Origin: Candidatus Altiarchaeota archaeon
GTDB taxonomy: Archaea > Altiarchaeota > Altiarchaeia > IMC4 > SCGC-AAA252-I15
Assembly: GCA_043800705.1 (NCBI GenBank)
Contig: JAZDMS010000001.1
Location: 1-64,000 of the forward strand
DNA: 64,000 bases
Direction: 5' to 3'
The position numbers and the translations under genes were made by a program. Of the stretch, positions 9,341 to 18,983 are shown in pieces; position 1 is the first letter of the stretch; every line of letters starts with the position of its first letter. The notes under the pieces were generated by a model. The model was not told the DNA's origin and ran no database searches. It saw only the letters and a list, made by a program, of their open reading frames with translations.

Positions 9341-9502
9341 ATGTTCGTCAGAAAGAAGGTCATCAACGGAAGAGGTTACTTCTACCTTGTCAGGAGCGTG
9401 AGAAAAGGCGACCGCATACGCCAGGAATGCCTGGAATACCTGGGTCCGAATCTGCCTGCGAAACGGAAGGTCGAAGAGCTCAAACGGAAGCACTCCAAGT
9501 GA
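9341..9502 (+). CDS. Small basic protein (53 aa) resembling the nucleic-acid-binding N-terminus of IS1634-type transposases
   Basis: MFVRKKVINGRGYFYLVRSVRKGDRIRQECLEYLGP..., below the ORF-track cutoff. Confidence 0.6.
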   Translation: MFVRKKVINGRGYFYLVRSVRKGDRIRQECLEYLGPNLPAKRKVEELKRKHSK

Positions 9503-9503
9503 C

Positions 9504-9656
9504 CTATTTCCTCATCTGGTCTTCCCGCATGGCCTTCATCTCCTGAAGCAGGGCAGCCAGGTTCCTGTTGATGTCTTTCAGGACCTCGTGCATGCCCTGG
9601 ATCTCGTTGTGTATGTAATTGGCCGTGTTGTACAGTTCACTGTCGTAGTCGCCCAT
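9504..9656 (-). CDS. Small coiled-coil protein (50 aa)
   Basis: MGDYDSELYNTANYIHNEIQGMHEVLKDINRNLAALLQEMKAMREDQMRK; codon usage like neighbouring genes; fits the gap. Confidence 0.6.
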   Translation of the reverse strand: MGDYDSELYNTANYIHNEIQGMHEVLKDINRNLAALLQEMKAMREDQMRK

Positions 9657-9833
9657 GTCATGTTATTCGAATATTCGCTAAAAAGCTCGTCTTAGGGCTG
9701 GTCCTGGGGGCCCTTGTCGCCGCCTAGGGGGTCGGGAATATTGGGCTCCCGTTTTTTTTACGTGATGAAGAGTCCGTATGCCCCCCTTTGCCCTCCTTTC
9801 TGTATTTAAATACCCTAATTTATATAATTAATC

Positions 9834-10250
9834 ATGTTAAATGTCAAAGGTTTTATCTGCGTATCTATGGTAATGCTGTTGTCTCTTGGATGTATTAACG
9901 CTTCCGAGCCTGTTACGCCCACAACAACGGTCAAACAGATAATCGTCCCGCAACCCACCACGACGCTCCTTCCGAAGGAGGTGGTCGAAGACCGTCAAAC
10001 AGCCGCAAATGCACAAAAGACCGGGACCGACGAGTCCGCATGCGACGTCGTAAAAGACCAGCGGATGAGGGACATCTGCATAAAGAACATAGCTGTCAAA
10101 GAGAATAACATCGGGCTTTGCACCAAGATATCCACTCCCGACCTCGTAGACAACTGCTATTATAGGATTGCGACGGCCACGAAAGACTTGGCCCTCTGTG
10201 ATCGCATATCCAATGCCCAGGTAAAATCAATATGCCAAAAGGGCACGTAA
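9834..10250 (+). CDS. Lipoprotein with Cys-containing helical repeats
   Basis: LSLGC lipobox, Thr-rich linker, three C-x2-(I/V)-x7-C repeats. Confidence 0.75.
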   Translation: MLNVKGFICVSMVMLLSLGCINASEPVTPTTTVKQIIVPQPTTTLLPKEVVEDRQTAANAQKTGTDESACDVVKDQRMRDICIKNIAVKENNIGLCTKISTPDLVDNCYYRIATATKDLALCDRISNAQVKSICQKGT

Positions 10251-10456
10251 GTGCCCAGGCCTTATTTCTGGGATCGGTGACGTCATGGGCCAAATGGCCC
10301 ATGCAAGCTTTTATCCAGATCTTGTATAATGGTGGCTGAACCTAACCCCAACACGGGGGTCGATCCCTGTTAGGCGGCGCATCATAGCATATGCCTTTTT
10401 TAATGCATATATGCATAAGTAACATGTAGGGGTTTGGTGGCTGTGAGGTCACCTGA

Positions 10457-11320
10457 ATGAGAGACAATCGCTCAAAATACAGCTGGAAAACAAGCGACCC
10501 GAGAGATATTTCAGACGGACTGAAATCCAGGAAATTATACAATGAGACCCGCGGAACGAAGTTCCAAACTGAGACCAAGATAGTGAGGAATGATTCATCC
10601 GGCGGCGACTGCGGCTGCCTCCCGTCATCGAACGATAGCCTGGGTAAAGCAATGTCCTCCGGCGATGGGAAACGGAACGCCCAGAGCACCATGGGCCTTT
10701 TCGGAAGCTCTTCGTCGAAAGGCAGCCGGGCGTTCGGCGGATCCGGGATATTCGAGAAGCTCATGCGCGAGGCCCAGACGGATCCTGGAAGCCAGGCAAC
10801 AAAAAGTAGCAATCCGGCCTCCTGGATGCGGGGAGTCAACAGCAACGTATCTGACGATAAGCGCGGAGCTCTGGAGCGTCAATTGAAGCGTGTTGCCCAG
10901 TTGGAGGCCGCCTCTAAGCAATCACATCTTTCTGCGATACCTCCGGCGCCGATGGTTTCTTCGGCGCCGGTTTCGCAGGAATCCAATCAGGCACCTGCCC
11001 AACCGATGTATCCGGCTCCCCCGTCCCCGGCGCCGATGCACCTGATACAGCTTGCGCAGTCTTCTGCAAATCCGCCCCAGCTCTTGCAGCCTATGGGTGA
11101 GATAGCGGCCTCGCTGGCGTCTGGCCTGCAACCGGCCTCCTCAGGGTTTAATCCCGTGGGTTCTATGCTATCCAAGGTGGAAAACAGGGAAATCTTCATG
11201 TCTATGAGGACGAGCCTTGGTGAAATCCTCCTTGCGCATGAGTTGCCTGGGGATGTGGCTGAAAAGCTGAGGAAGATGGCTAGAGACCTGTCCGAACTCG
11301 ACCGGCAGCTTGCTCCTTGA
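10457..11320 (+). CDS. Hypothetical protein, Pro/Ser-rich disordered with helical C-terminus
   Basis: Longest ORF in the gap; GAGGT upstream. Confidence 0.6.
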   Translation: MRDNRSKYSWKTSDPRDISDGLKSRKLYNETRGTKFQTETKIVRNDSSGGDCGCLPSSNDSLGKAMSSGDGKRNAQSTMGLFGSSSSKGSRAFGGSGIFEKLMREAQTDPGSQATKSSNPASWMRGVNSNVSDDKRGALERQLKRVAQLEAASKQSHLSAIPPAPMVSSAPVSQESNQAPAQPMYPAPPSPAPMHLIQLAQSSANPPQLLQPMGEIAASLASGLQPASSGFNPVGSMLSKVENREIFMSMRTSLGEILLAHELPGDVAEKLRKMARDLSELDRQLAP

Positions 11321-11321
11321 G

Positions 11322-11882
11322 TTATCTATGGATTACCTTGAGTAGGTCGGCCTTCGTTATGATGCCGACTGGCTTCCCATGCTCCTGCACGAGCACGGCG
11401 GAGTTGTGTTCAAGAAGGACCGATAGGACGGTCAGCGGCGTCTCAGGTTTAACGGTGGGGAACGCGTCTTCCATGTGCTCTGCAATCTCCTCCTTTGAAA
11501 GAGCCTTTGCGTCGAAGCCTTTGGTTATCAGCCCCATTATGGTCTTTTCCGTGAAGGAGCCGAGGATCTTGTCCCCGTCGAATACCGGCATCTGAGAAAC
11601 ATTGTGCTTTTTCATCTTCCCCGCCGCGTATTCGATGGAGGCAGTGTGTTGGATCCCCGTCACCTCCCTTGTCATTATCTCCTTGGCCTGGATCTCCTTG
11701 CTCCTCATCTCATCGAGGGCGGAGAATATCTGCGCGACCTTGCTGTATCTGGGGTCGACGGTGCCGGCCTCCAGCCTGGCGATGAGGCTCTGACTGACCT
11801 GTGATCTTTGTGCGAGATCGGTCTGGGTTAAACCAAGCCTCTTTCGAAGCTTGCCAATCTCCGTTATCGGCGGCAGCTGCAT
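11322..11882 (-). CDS. XRE-family HTH + CBS-pair transcriptional regulator
   Basis: LGLTQTDLAQRSQVSQSLIARLEAG..DPR HTH, two CBS domains; GGTGA SD before ATG 11882. Confidence 0.92.
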   Translation of the reverse strand: MQLPPITEIGKLRKRLGLTQTDLAQRSQVSQSLIARLEAGTVDPRYSKVAQIFSALDEMRSKEIQAKEIMTREVTGIQHTASIEYAAGKMKKHNVSQMPVFDGDKILGSFTEKTIMGLITKGFDAKALSKEEIAEHMEDAFPTVKPETPLTVLSVLLEHNSAVLVQEHGKPVGIITKADLLKVIHR

Positions 11883-11905
11883 CCAATCACCCCTAATTCT
11901 TTGTG

Positions 11906-12020
11906 GAATATGTGAGGTTGCATATTCTATGTAGCATATCCATATTCTATCCAGTATATAAACATTAATGTACATTGGCGATATGTGGGAATCATCGAGA
12001 ATATGCATTATGGCATAATT
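11906..12020. promoter_or_regulatory. Candidate operator GAATATG-N8-CATA(T/A)T(C/T), two copies in the divergent promoter region
   Basis: GAATATG tgaggttg CATATTC (11906-11927); GAATATG cattatgg CATAATT (11999-12020); extra half-site at 11941. Confidence 0.55.
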
Positions 12021-12061
12021 TTATTGTAAAGTATTTATATATGACTACAGAATGTCTATTT

Positions 12062-13561
12062 ATGGCAAAAACCCTAGCTGAAATCAACGAGAAGATAAGG
12101 AAAGGGGATGCCGTCGTAGTACGGGCCGACCAGATGCCTCGGATAGTCGCCGATAATGGCCCCAAGAAGGCTGCCCAAGAAGTAGACGTCGTCACCACGG
12201 GCACTTTCGGGGCTATGTGCAGCTCCGGTGCGATCCTTAACTTCGGCCACAGCAACCCGCCCATCAAGATGCAAAAAGTCTGGCTTAACGAAGTCGAAGC
12301 CTACGGCGGCCTTGCCGCCGTGGACGCATACATAGGGGCCACCGAACTGAGCTTGGATCGCGGGATGGAATACGGCGGAGGCCACGTAGTCGAGGACCTG
12401 ATTGCCGGCAGGCTGATTAGCCTGCGCACGAGCTCATATGGGACCGACTGTTATCCGACCCGGAAGATGGAGACGACCTTCACCCTCGAGGACCTCAACC
12501 AGGCCTACATGTTCAATCCCCGCAACGCCTATCAGCGATATAACGCTGCTGTAAACACAACCGACCGCAAGCTGCGGACCTATATGGGGACCCTTTTGCC
12601 CAGGGCAGGAAACATCAACTTCGCAGGAACGGGGGAGATCAGCCCCCTTTTGAACGACCCGAAGTACAGGAGCATAGGATTCGGGACGAAGATATTCCTT
12701 GGCGGGGCTGAGGGGAGGATAATAGGAGAAGGCACGCAGCATTCCCCCCAGACCGGTTTCGGAAACATCGCAGTCAAAGGCGAACTTAGGCAGATGGACA
12801 CCCAATACGTCAAGGGCGTGACGATACCGGACTATGGGACGAGCCTTATGCTCGGAATAGGCGTCCCTATCCCGATACTAGACGAGGAGATGGCGCAAAG
12901 CACCGCGATCACCAACGACCAGATCGAAACCAACCTTTTGGACTACGGCGTGGCAAGGACGGACCGGCCCACATTGAGGAAAGTCAGCTATAGCGAGCTG
13001 ATTTCCGGACGCGTTGAATTGATGGACAGAAGCGTAAAGTGCGCTCCGCTTTCGAGCTTCAAGATTGCGTATGAGATAATGGGCGAGCTTGCGCGCTGGA
13101 TAGATGAGAAACGGTTCTACTTCGCGGAGGGGGTCGAAAACCTGCCGGGTCAGAGGGTGTTCAAGCCGATGAAGGTGAAGAAGAAGATGCCTAACGTGGC
13201 TGAGGTGATGACTGCCAATGTGTTCACCGCCCGGGTTGACGATTCCCTCGAGGACGTGTCTTCGCTGATGGTGGGTAAGGGCGTGGACCAGATACCAGTC
13301 GTCGACGACCAGGGCATGGTTGCAGGCATCGTGACCTCCCTTGATTTCACAAAGGCAGTGGCCTCCAAGAAAAAGAGACTATCTGAGGTCATGACCCCCA
13401 AGGTCGTGACATCAAAGCCTTCAGAGCACATAGACGAGGTCTCTAGGCGGCTTGAGCGATATGGGTTCAATTCAACGCCGGTTGTCGACTCTGAGGGGAG
13501 GATCATCGGCATAATCACGGTCTCGGACATAAACAAGGCCTGGGGGAGGCTGGCAAAATGA
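12062..13561 (+). CDS. L-aspartate semialdehyde sulfurtransferase (DUF39+CBS, MA1821/MJ0100 family; homocysteine synthesis)
   Basis: VDVVTTGTFGAMCSSG, YGTDCYP, NPRNAYQRYN, C-terminal CBS pair. Confidence 0.93.
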   Translation: MAKTLAEINEKIRKGDAVVVRADQMPRIVADNGPKKAAQEVDVVTTGTFGAMCSSGAILNFGHSNPPIKMQKVWLNEVEAYGGLAAVDAYIGATELSLDRGMEYGGGHVVEDLIAGRLISLRTSSYGTDCYPTRKMETTFTLEDLNQAYMFNPRNAYQRYNAAVNTTDRKLRTYMGTLLPRAGNINFAGTGEISPLLNDPKYRSIGFGTKIFLGGAEGRIIGEGTQHSPQTGFGNIAVKGELRQMDTQYVKGVTIPDYGTSLMLGIGVPIPILDEEMAQSTAITNDQIETNLLDYGVARTDRPTLRKVSYSELISGRVELMDRSVKCAPLSSFKIAYEIMGELARWIDEKRFYFAEGVENLPGQRVFKPMKVKKKMPNVAEVMTANVFTARVDDSLEDVSSLMVGKGVDQIPVVDDQGMVAGIVTSLDFTKAVASKKKRLSEVMTPKVVTSKPSEHIDEVSRRLERYGFNSTPVVDSEGRIIGIITVSDINKAWGRLAK

Positions 13562-13953
13562 GGAAATACGTCATAAAATACCCTCCCGAGGCTGCGAATA
13601 AGCCCGTCTTGGCGGAGGCGATCCTCAAGACCGGAGTACTAGTCAACATCCTGATAACCGAGCCGGAGTACAAGACCGAAACACTCGTCATCTCCGTTGT
13701 CGGGGATGCGAAAGCCGAACGGAGATTCCTCGAACATCTCAGCAAGGAAGGCTTGGAGTCCGTGGAGCTGAAGGCCGAGGTATTGAGGGACAACGACCGG
13801 TGCGTCGACTGCTGCGCCTGCTTCGGCGTCTGCCCGACGAAGGCGATTTCTATAGTCGAGCGGAAGATGGTGCTCGACAACGACGAATGCATCAGATGCG
13901 GCGCCTGCGTCGAAGCGTGCCCGACCCGCGCCCTAAAACTGAAGGGTGGATAA
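13558..13953 (+). CDS. NIL-domain + 2x[4Fe-4S] ferredoxin (MA1822 family)
   Basis: VNILI segment and two CxxCxxCxxxCP motifs; ATGA-coupled. Confidence 0.9.
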   Translation: MRKYVIKYPPEAANKPVLAEAILKTGVLVNILITEPEYKTETLVISVVGDAKAERRFLEHLSKEGLESVELKAEVLRDNDRCVDCCACFGVCPTKAISIVERKMVLDNDECIRCGACVEACPTRALKLKGG

Positions 13954-13955
13954 AT

Positions 13956-14651
13956 GTGGCCCGTGTCGGCGGTTTAAAATTCAGGCTGGAGTACGGGCAT
14001 ACCCATTTGAACGTTAGCTCCGGCGTCGAATGCCGCGGATTGGCTTTGGAGGAACTCATCAAGCATTATTCCAGCCTCGTCGGGTACATTAACCTTGAAC
14101 CCGTATTCAAGGCCAGCTACGAGCCTGTGGCGGTATCAGAAGACGCTCCGGAGATTGTGCGGCTGATGGCGGGATGTGCGAAGGCCTGCGGGGTTGGGCC
14201 GATGGCCGCGGTTGCCGGCGCCTTCTCGGAGCTGGTTGGGGCGAGGATCGTCTCCGTCGGCGGGAAAGACGTCATAGTCGATAACGGGGGGGACATTTTC
14301 CTGAAGGCTGCGAAGAAGAAGGTCGTTGGCATACACTCCGGCCCGTCGGCGCTTTCGGACGAATTCGCCCTGGTCTTCGAGCCTAATGAAACCCCCTGTG
14401 GTGTCTGCACGAGTTCGGCGTCTGTCGGTCCTTCGATAAGCCTCGGAAAAGCCGATTCGGTGACCTGTGTCGCGGATTCCGCTGCGCTGGCCGATGCCGC
14501 AGCGTCTGCCGTGGGTAATCTTGTGTCCTCCGATGACCTAAAACCGGCATTCAAAAAGGCTGCAGTGATTCCCGGCCTACGCGGCGTCGTCGTAATAATG
14601 GGCGAGACTTTAGGCGCATGGGGGCGGCTTCCGAAGATCGTCCGCATTTGA
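13956..14651 (+). CDS. UPF0280/ApbE-like protein (COG2122, MA1715 family, sulfide assimilation)
   Basis: VGPMAAVAG, DNGGDI, CTSSASVGPSISLG.AD, ALADAAA; GTG start inferred. Confidence 0.88.
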   Translation: MARVGGLKFRLEYGHTHLNVSSGVECRGLALEELIKHYSSLVGYINLEPVFKASYEPVAVSEDAPEIVRLMAGCAKACGVGPMAAVAGAFSELVGARIVSVGGKDVIVDNGGDIFLKAAKKKVVGIHSGPSALSDEFALVFEPNETPCGVCTSSASVGPSISLGKADSVTCVADSAALADAAASAVGNLVSSDDLKPAFKKAAVIPGLRGVVVIMGETLGAWGRLPKIVRI

Positions 14652-14705
14652 GTGTTAATGGTCATTTTTAGCCTATTTAATTGATCAACTGCAAATAATT
14701 ATCGT

Positions 14706-17700
14706 ATGAGTCGCATCTTGTCAAAGAGTCTGTTCTTGCTATCTGTGGCTATTCTGGTACTGCTATTTTCCTCTGCTCTTTTCGTCTCCCCCGCGGATTC
14801 TCCGAAGATTTTTCCGACAGAGGATAAGGACAAGTATGCCGTGAACTTTTCAAGTTCATACGGCCAGAAACTGGTTAAAAACGTGGCTTCCGTTGATCTG
14901 GCGATGACCAACACAGTCAACCAGAACTTCGCCCAGTTCAGCGGGATTTTCATGTATTTTCTCCGATCAAGAGACCTTGACACCCACCACTACCTGATCC
15001 AGCTGATTGCACCCATCATATTCGAGGTCCTTCTCCCCCTCTATCTGCTTCTCATCATCCTGACTGCGATATACCTCACCTGGGGGGCCATCTCCCCGAA
15101 TATGCGCGCCCAAACGAAGGGTCAGCTCGAGAAGCTGATACTTGGAATGATCCTCTGCAGCATATCGCTGCCTATCTACGACATACTCATAGAGACGAAC
15201 AACTTCGTGGTCGATTCGGTCCTCAGCACGACGACGTCTGCCAGCGGCCCGCACTGGGAGGATCTGGTAGTTCCGGACTCGATCGTTGTAGCCCCCGCCC
15301 CTGATGAATGCCGTGAAAGCGCCTGGGAGGAACACGTACTCCATGATCCTTCTACGTGCGGTTTGTTGACGACTTGGGTCACGATGAATTCCGATCCATC
15401 CACCGGCCCAAAAAACAGGGACAACTACGGGGACACCTGGTCCCTTGCCATATTGAGCGACTCGAACGATATGTCTGTCAATAGACTCATATTCAAGCAG
15501 GTAGTGGACGGGCCCTATCCCTCCTTGCTCGTGCCCGCGAACTACGATCCGATAACAGGCCTCTTCTATTATCACAAGACCGGAGTCGCCCTGGGTGCGG
15601 GCATAATGGGGGCCTTTATGCTCCTTACAGGCGGGAAATTATCAGCCATCGCAGCACCCCTGTTTTGCATGCTGTTCACGATGATGATCATGCCCTATCT
15701 GGTGCTGGCGATTAGGTACGTCGTCGTCATAGCGTTCGGGATACTCTTCCCGTTCACGCTCTTCTGTATGTCTTTCGAGTTCACCAAATCGCTTGGCGAC
15801 AAGCTGCTCAAACAGACGCTCATGTGGATGTTCTTCCCAGCGGCAATGGCTTTGTTTACGGTCCTGTCCGTGGGGATCGCAAATGCCCCGGCGGGGGACT
15901 ATATGGTGAACGCGATAGCCGCCATAGCCGCATATTTCCTCATCGGCGCAGCACCGATGATGATAACCGGCATGATGGGGGTCGCCGGCGGCGTCATGCT
16001 GTATGCCGGACAGACGATGGCCAACCCCCGCCTTGTGTTCATGGCCAACATCCTCCAGGGCAACAGCGCGCAGTCCTTCACTCAGGCGGCCTATATGTCA
16101 AACCTCGCTCGCTCGAGGCTTGGCACGTCCGCCGATACAGCCAAGAAGTATCAGGACGGCATCTCCGATGGCATGCCTGCAAGCGCGGATGTGCAGCAGC
16201 CCCCTCCACCATATTCCGCAGCATACAAGGAGGCAATGGAATCAAGGAGCGGCGGCGGGGGGCAGTCCGGCTCAGGCGCATCACCCAGGGTCTATGGCGG
16301 GGAAACAAGGACTGTCGGCGAGTTGGGGGACGGGATCGGTTTCCTGGAGACTGCTAAGAGGGCTGCGTTTAGGGCGCCGGTCGCTGAAGGTACGACAAAA
16401 GACCAGATGACAGCCCAACAATGGTCTGGCGTCAGGTTCGCGGCTGCGGGAGGCTTCAAAAGCTTCGCAGGTGTGGGTTGGTACGCATACGGCATAGCAG
16501 GGAATCTATCGCCGAAGAAGCTGATGGCCCCGGCAGGATACATGCTCAGGGGACTGCTCAGGCAGAGCATAAGTGACTGGCCCATCGGAAAGACACTGTC
16601 AGGGATCGCAAACAAGATGACCGGGTACTGGCAAACAGATTCTGCAACCGGTGAAAATGTGTTTAACTATGGGTGGCAGAGCCAGGCGGGAATCATAAGG
16701 GACCTGTCAAAGAGCGCTGCAGACCTTTACAAGGGTAAAGAAGGCGGCGGCGCTCCCGGGTGGGCCAAGGCTGCGGCAACCGGCATAGGCCTGACGATGC
16801 CCCTGGCAGTCCTCGCCGCACCCGCGGCTCCCCTCTTAGGCTTGGCGATAGCCGGAGGCGCAGGTCTCGCGTTCTTGGGAGGCTCATTGGTGCTGAAGCC
16901 TGTCGGGGAGTGGCTGGCATCGACCAATGAGAAGGCGGCTGACGACAAGGCGGTCTCCGGCAGGATCCGTTCAGCTTCCAGGCTAAGGGGTGGAATAAGG
17001 TCGAAGCTTTCGAAGGAGGACGGATTGGACAAGGAAGGCGTATGGGGCAAGCTCAATGACGCCGAGAAGAAAACGTTCGGAGATGACGAGCCGACTGCGA
17101 TGGACCGGGCAAAGGCATTCTACGACGCCAAGACATCGCCCCTTCTGGACAAGGAAGACATATTCGGGATAGTGTCCTCTAATGACCCCGATGACGCGCG
17201 GAAGACGTCGTTCGGCTGGAGCGAAGGCATGGATCCGGCGGGACTGGAAGGCGTGAAGGACAAGGCAGGCAGGTACTACGCATCTGCAGTCACTGGGAGC
17301 CCCACAGAACTAAATGCGGACCTCTATACGCGGGATCCTGTTACTGGGCAGATCGGCCAGTCCGGCAGCAGGCAGGCCTACGACGAACGGCTCGGCGAGG
17401 CTGTGACGAAACTGCAGGCTGCTAGAGCGAACCCTGCCGATACGGCCGCGATCGAAGCCGCAGAACAGGGCGTTGAGGCCTCGAAGACGGAGCGCAGTAC
17501 AGCGTTCCAGGAGTCGGCAGGAAGGGAGTCGTCTGCTCGAAACAACTGGGACTATCTGGATTCAACAGGCAGGAAACGGCACAGGGACACCGCAAAGACA
17601 GAGCTTATGGCTGCGGGGCAACCGGTGACTGAAGCCAGCATCCAGGCACAGGCAAGGTATAATGCGTTCACCGAAGGCAAAGAGAACGTGTGGACGGCGG

Positions 17701-18983
17701 CCGGATCGGATGAACAGGTCAGAAAAGACGCGGTATGGGATTCGCTGACTCCTCAACAGAGGGATAGATATCTTTCCAGCGCGACCGGAACGGATGCGAC
17801 TGTGAAGGAGGCTGCAGCAAAGGATTCCGCATACTCAGATGTCAAAAATGATCCTTCAAAGCTTGATGGCGCAAAACAGATGCTTCTGGATGAACAGACG
17901 AAGGGCAAGTCAGAAGCCTTCGCCGCAGGTTTCTTCGGGACAAGGAGGGCGGGGAAAGCCAAGGAATTCTGGCAAGGTCCACAGTCAAGGCTGTCCAAGG
18001 AGAATAAGAACGATATGATCATCGCGGAATCGGAGGGGAAACACGATCTCGCCTCCCTGGCGTCGGCGCCCGCCGCGGAGCGGGAACCCCTTGAAAGGAG
18101 AGCGATGGAGAGGGCCTACCGCGAAGGACACGGCGTATGGGCGAGAATGAAAGGCAGCCCTGTAGGCAGGTTGATCAACTCAGCCAGGCCGAGTACCTAC
18201 GGCGAAAGGGATGCCGGGGCGGGTAAGGGCATTACAGAGTCAAGGGCTGGCAAGGTCGTCATGGCAGGCGGGATTGTGGGTTCCCTGATAGCCGGTCCGG
18301 CAGCCTTGTTGGTACCTCTCTCATATGACCGGGGGCGGGACAAGTATGAGCAGAAGGCACAGACGAGGGGGACTGTCGAATACGGCCGGGCGAGGAGGGC
18401 CGTCCGCCAGGAGCTGGACGGAGGATTCAAGATCAGCGCCGAACCGTCGGTCACCGGCGCCACTGAGATACGGAATAATGACGGCAAAACATATTCCCTC
18501 GAAGAGGATGGCATATACGTCTCAAATTCTCCCTGGGGCGGCGTAGGCAGAAGGAAGGCTACGGTGGCCGAAGGTGCTGCGGTCGGTCAGTGGTATCGCG
18601 AGAACAGGGGCTCGGGCGAGGCTATCGACTCGTTTGCCAGGGGCGATATAGGCATCGACGCAGCCAAAGAAGGCGGCATCCTTTCAGAGTTCGAAGGGGC
18701 CGGACTCGATGGATCTGGCTCTCCGACCGGTATGGTCGGCCTCAGGGCAGTCGATGAGCTGAGGGGGATCGTCCATGGGGGTAAGGCCCCGGACAAGCGT
18801 GCCGAAAAATTGCTTTTCTCTAATGGAACGGCATTGGGCAAACGGATATTGGGCAGGCTCGGTTCGGCTGACCGCAAGAAATTCGGTTATTCCAAAGGTT
18901 CATCCGCAGCGGAGAAGGATCGCGCACGGCTTAGGGCGGTTGAATACTTCATCAGAAAGATGAAGGGGGGCGGGACTCCATGA
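14706..18983 (+). CDS. Giant VirB6/TrbL-like polytopic membrane protein with long soluble tail (1425 aa)
   Basis: N-terminal ~450 aa multi-TM with ISP..R..K..L..L..GM and IRY......LFP......EFTKSLG; G/A-rich charged tail with Gly-rich hydrophobic hairpins. Confidence 0.65.
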   Translation: MSRILSKSLFLLSVAILVLLFSSALFVSPADSPKIFPTEDKDKYAVNFSSSYGQKLVKNVASVDLAMTNTVNQNFAQFSGIFMYFLRSRDLDTHHYLIQLIAPIIFEVLLPLYLLLIILTAIYLTWGAISPNMRAQTKGQLEKLILGMILCSISLPIYDILIETNNFVVDSVLSTTTSASGPHWEDLVVPDSIVVAPAPDECRESAWEEHVLHDPSTCGLLTTWVTMNSDPSTGPKNRDNYGDTWSLAILSDSNDMSVNRLIFKQVVDGPYPSLLVPANYDPITGLFYYHKTGVALGAGIMGAFMLLTGGKLSAIAAPLFCMLFTMMIMPYLVLAIRYVVVIAFGILFPFTLFCMSFEFTKSLGDKLLKQTLMWMFFPAAMALFTVLSVGIANAPAGDYMVNAIAAIAAYFLIGAAPMMITGMMGVAGGVMLYAGQTMANPRLVFMANILQGNSAQSFTQAAYMSNLARSRLGTSADTAKKYQDGISDGMPASADVQQPPPPYSAAYKEAMESRSGGGGQSGSGASPRVYGGETRTVGELGDGIGFLETAKRAAFRAPVAEGTTKDQMTAQQWSGVRFAAAGGFKSFAGVGWYAYGIAGNLSPKKLMAPAGYMLRGLLRQSISDWPIGKTLSGIANKMTGYWQTDSATGENVFNYGWQSQAGIIRDLSKSAADLYKGKEGGGAPGWAKAAATGIGLTMPLAVLAAPAAPLLGLAIAGGAGLAFLGGSLVLKPVGEWLASTNEKAADDKAVSGRIRSASRLRGGIRSKLSKEDGLDKEGVWGKLNDAEKKTFGDDEPTAMDRAKAFYDAKTSPLLDKEDIFGIVSSNDPDDARKTSFGWSEGMDPAGLEGVKDKAGRYYASAVTGSPTELNADLYTRDPVTGQIGQSGSRQAYDERLGEAVTKLQAARANPADTAAIEAAEQGVEASKTERSTAFQESAGRESSARNNWDYLDSTGRKRHRDTAKTELMAAGQPVTEASIQAQARYNAFTEGKENVWTAAGSDEQVRKDAVWDSLTPQQRDRYLSSATGTDATVKEAAAKDSAYSDVKNDPSKLDGAKQMLLDEQTKGKSEAFAAGFFGTRRAGKAKEFWQGPQSRLSKENKNDMIIAESEGKHDLASLASAPAAEREPLERRAMERAYREGHGVWARMKGSPVGRLINSARPSTYGERDAGAGKGITESRAGKVVMAGGIVGSLIAGPAALLVPLSYDRGRDKYEQKAQTRGTVEYGRARRAVRQELDGGFKISAEPSVTGATEIRNNDGKTYSLEEDGIYVSNSPWGGVGRRKATVAEGAAVGQWYRENRGSGEAIDSFARGDIGIDAAKEGGILSEFEGAGLDGSGSPTGMVGLRAVDELRGIVHGGKAPDKRAEKLLFSNGTALGKRILGRLGSADRKKFGYSKGSSAAEKDRARLRAVEYFIRKMKGGGTP

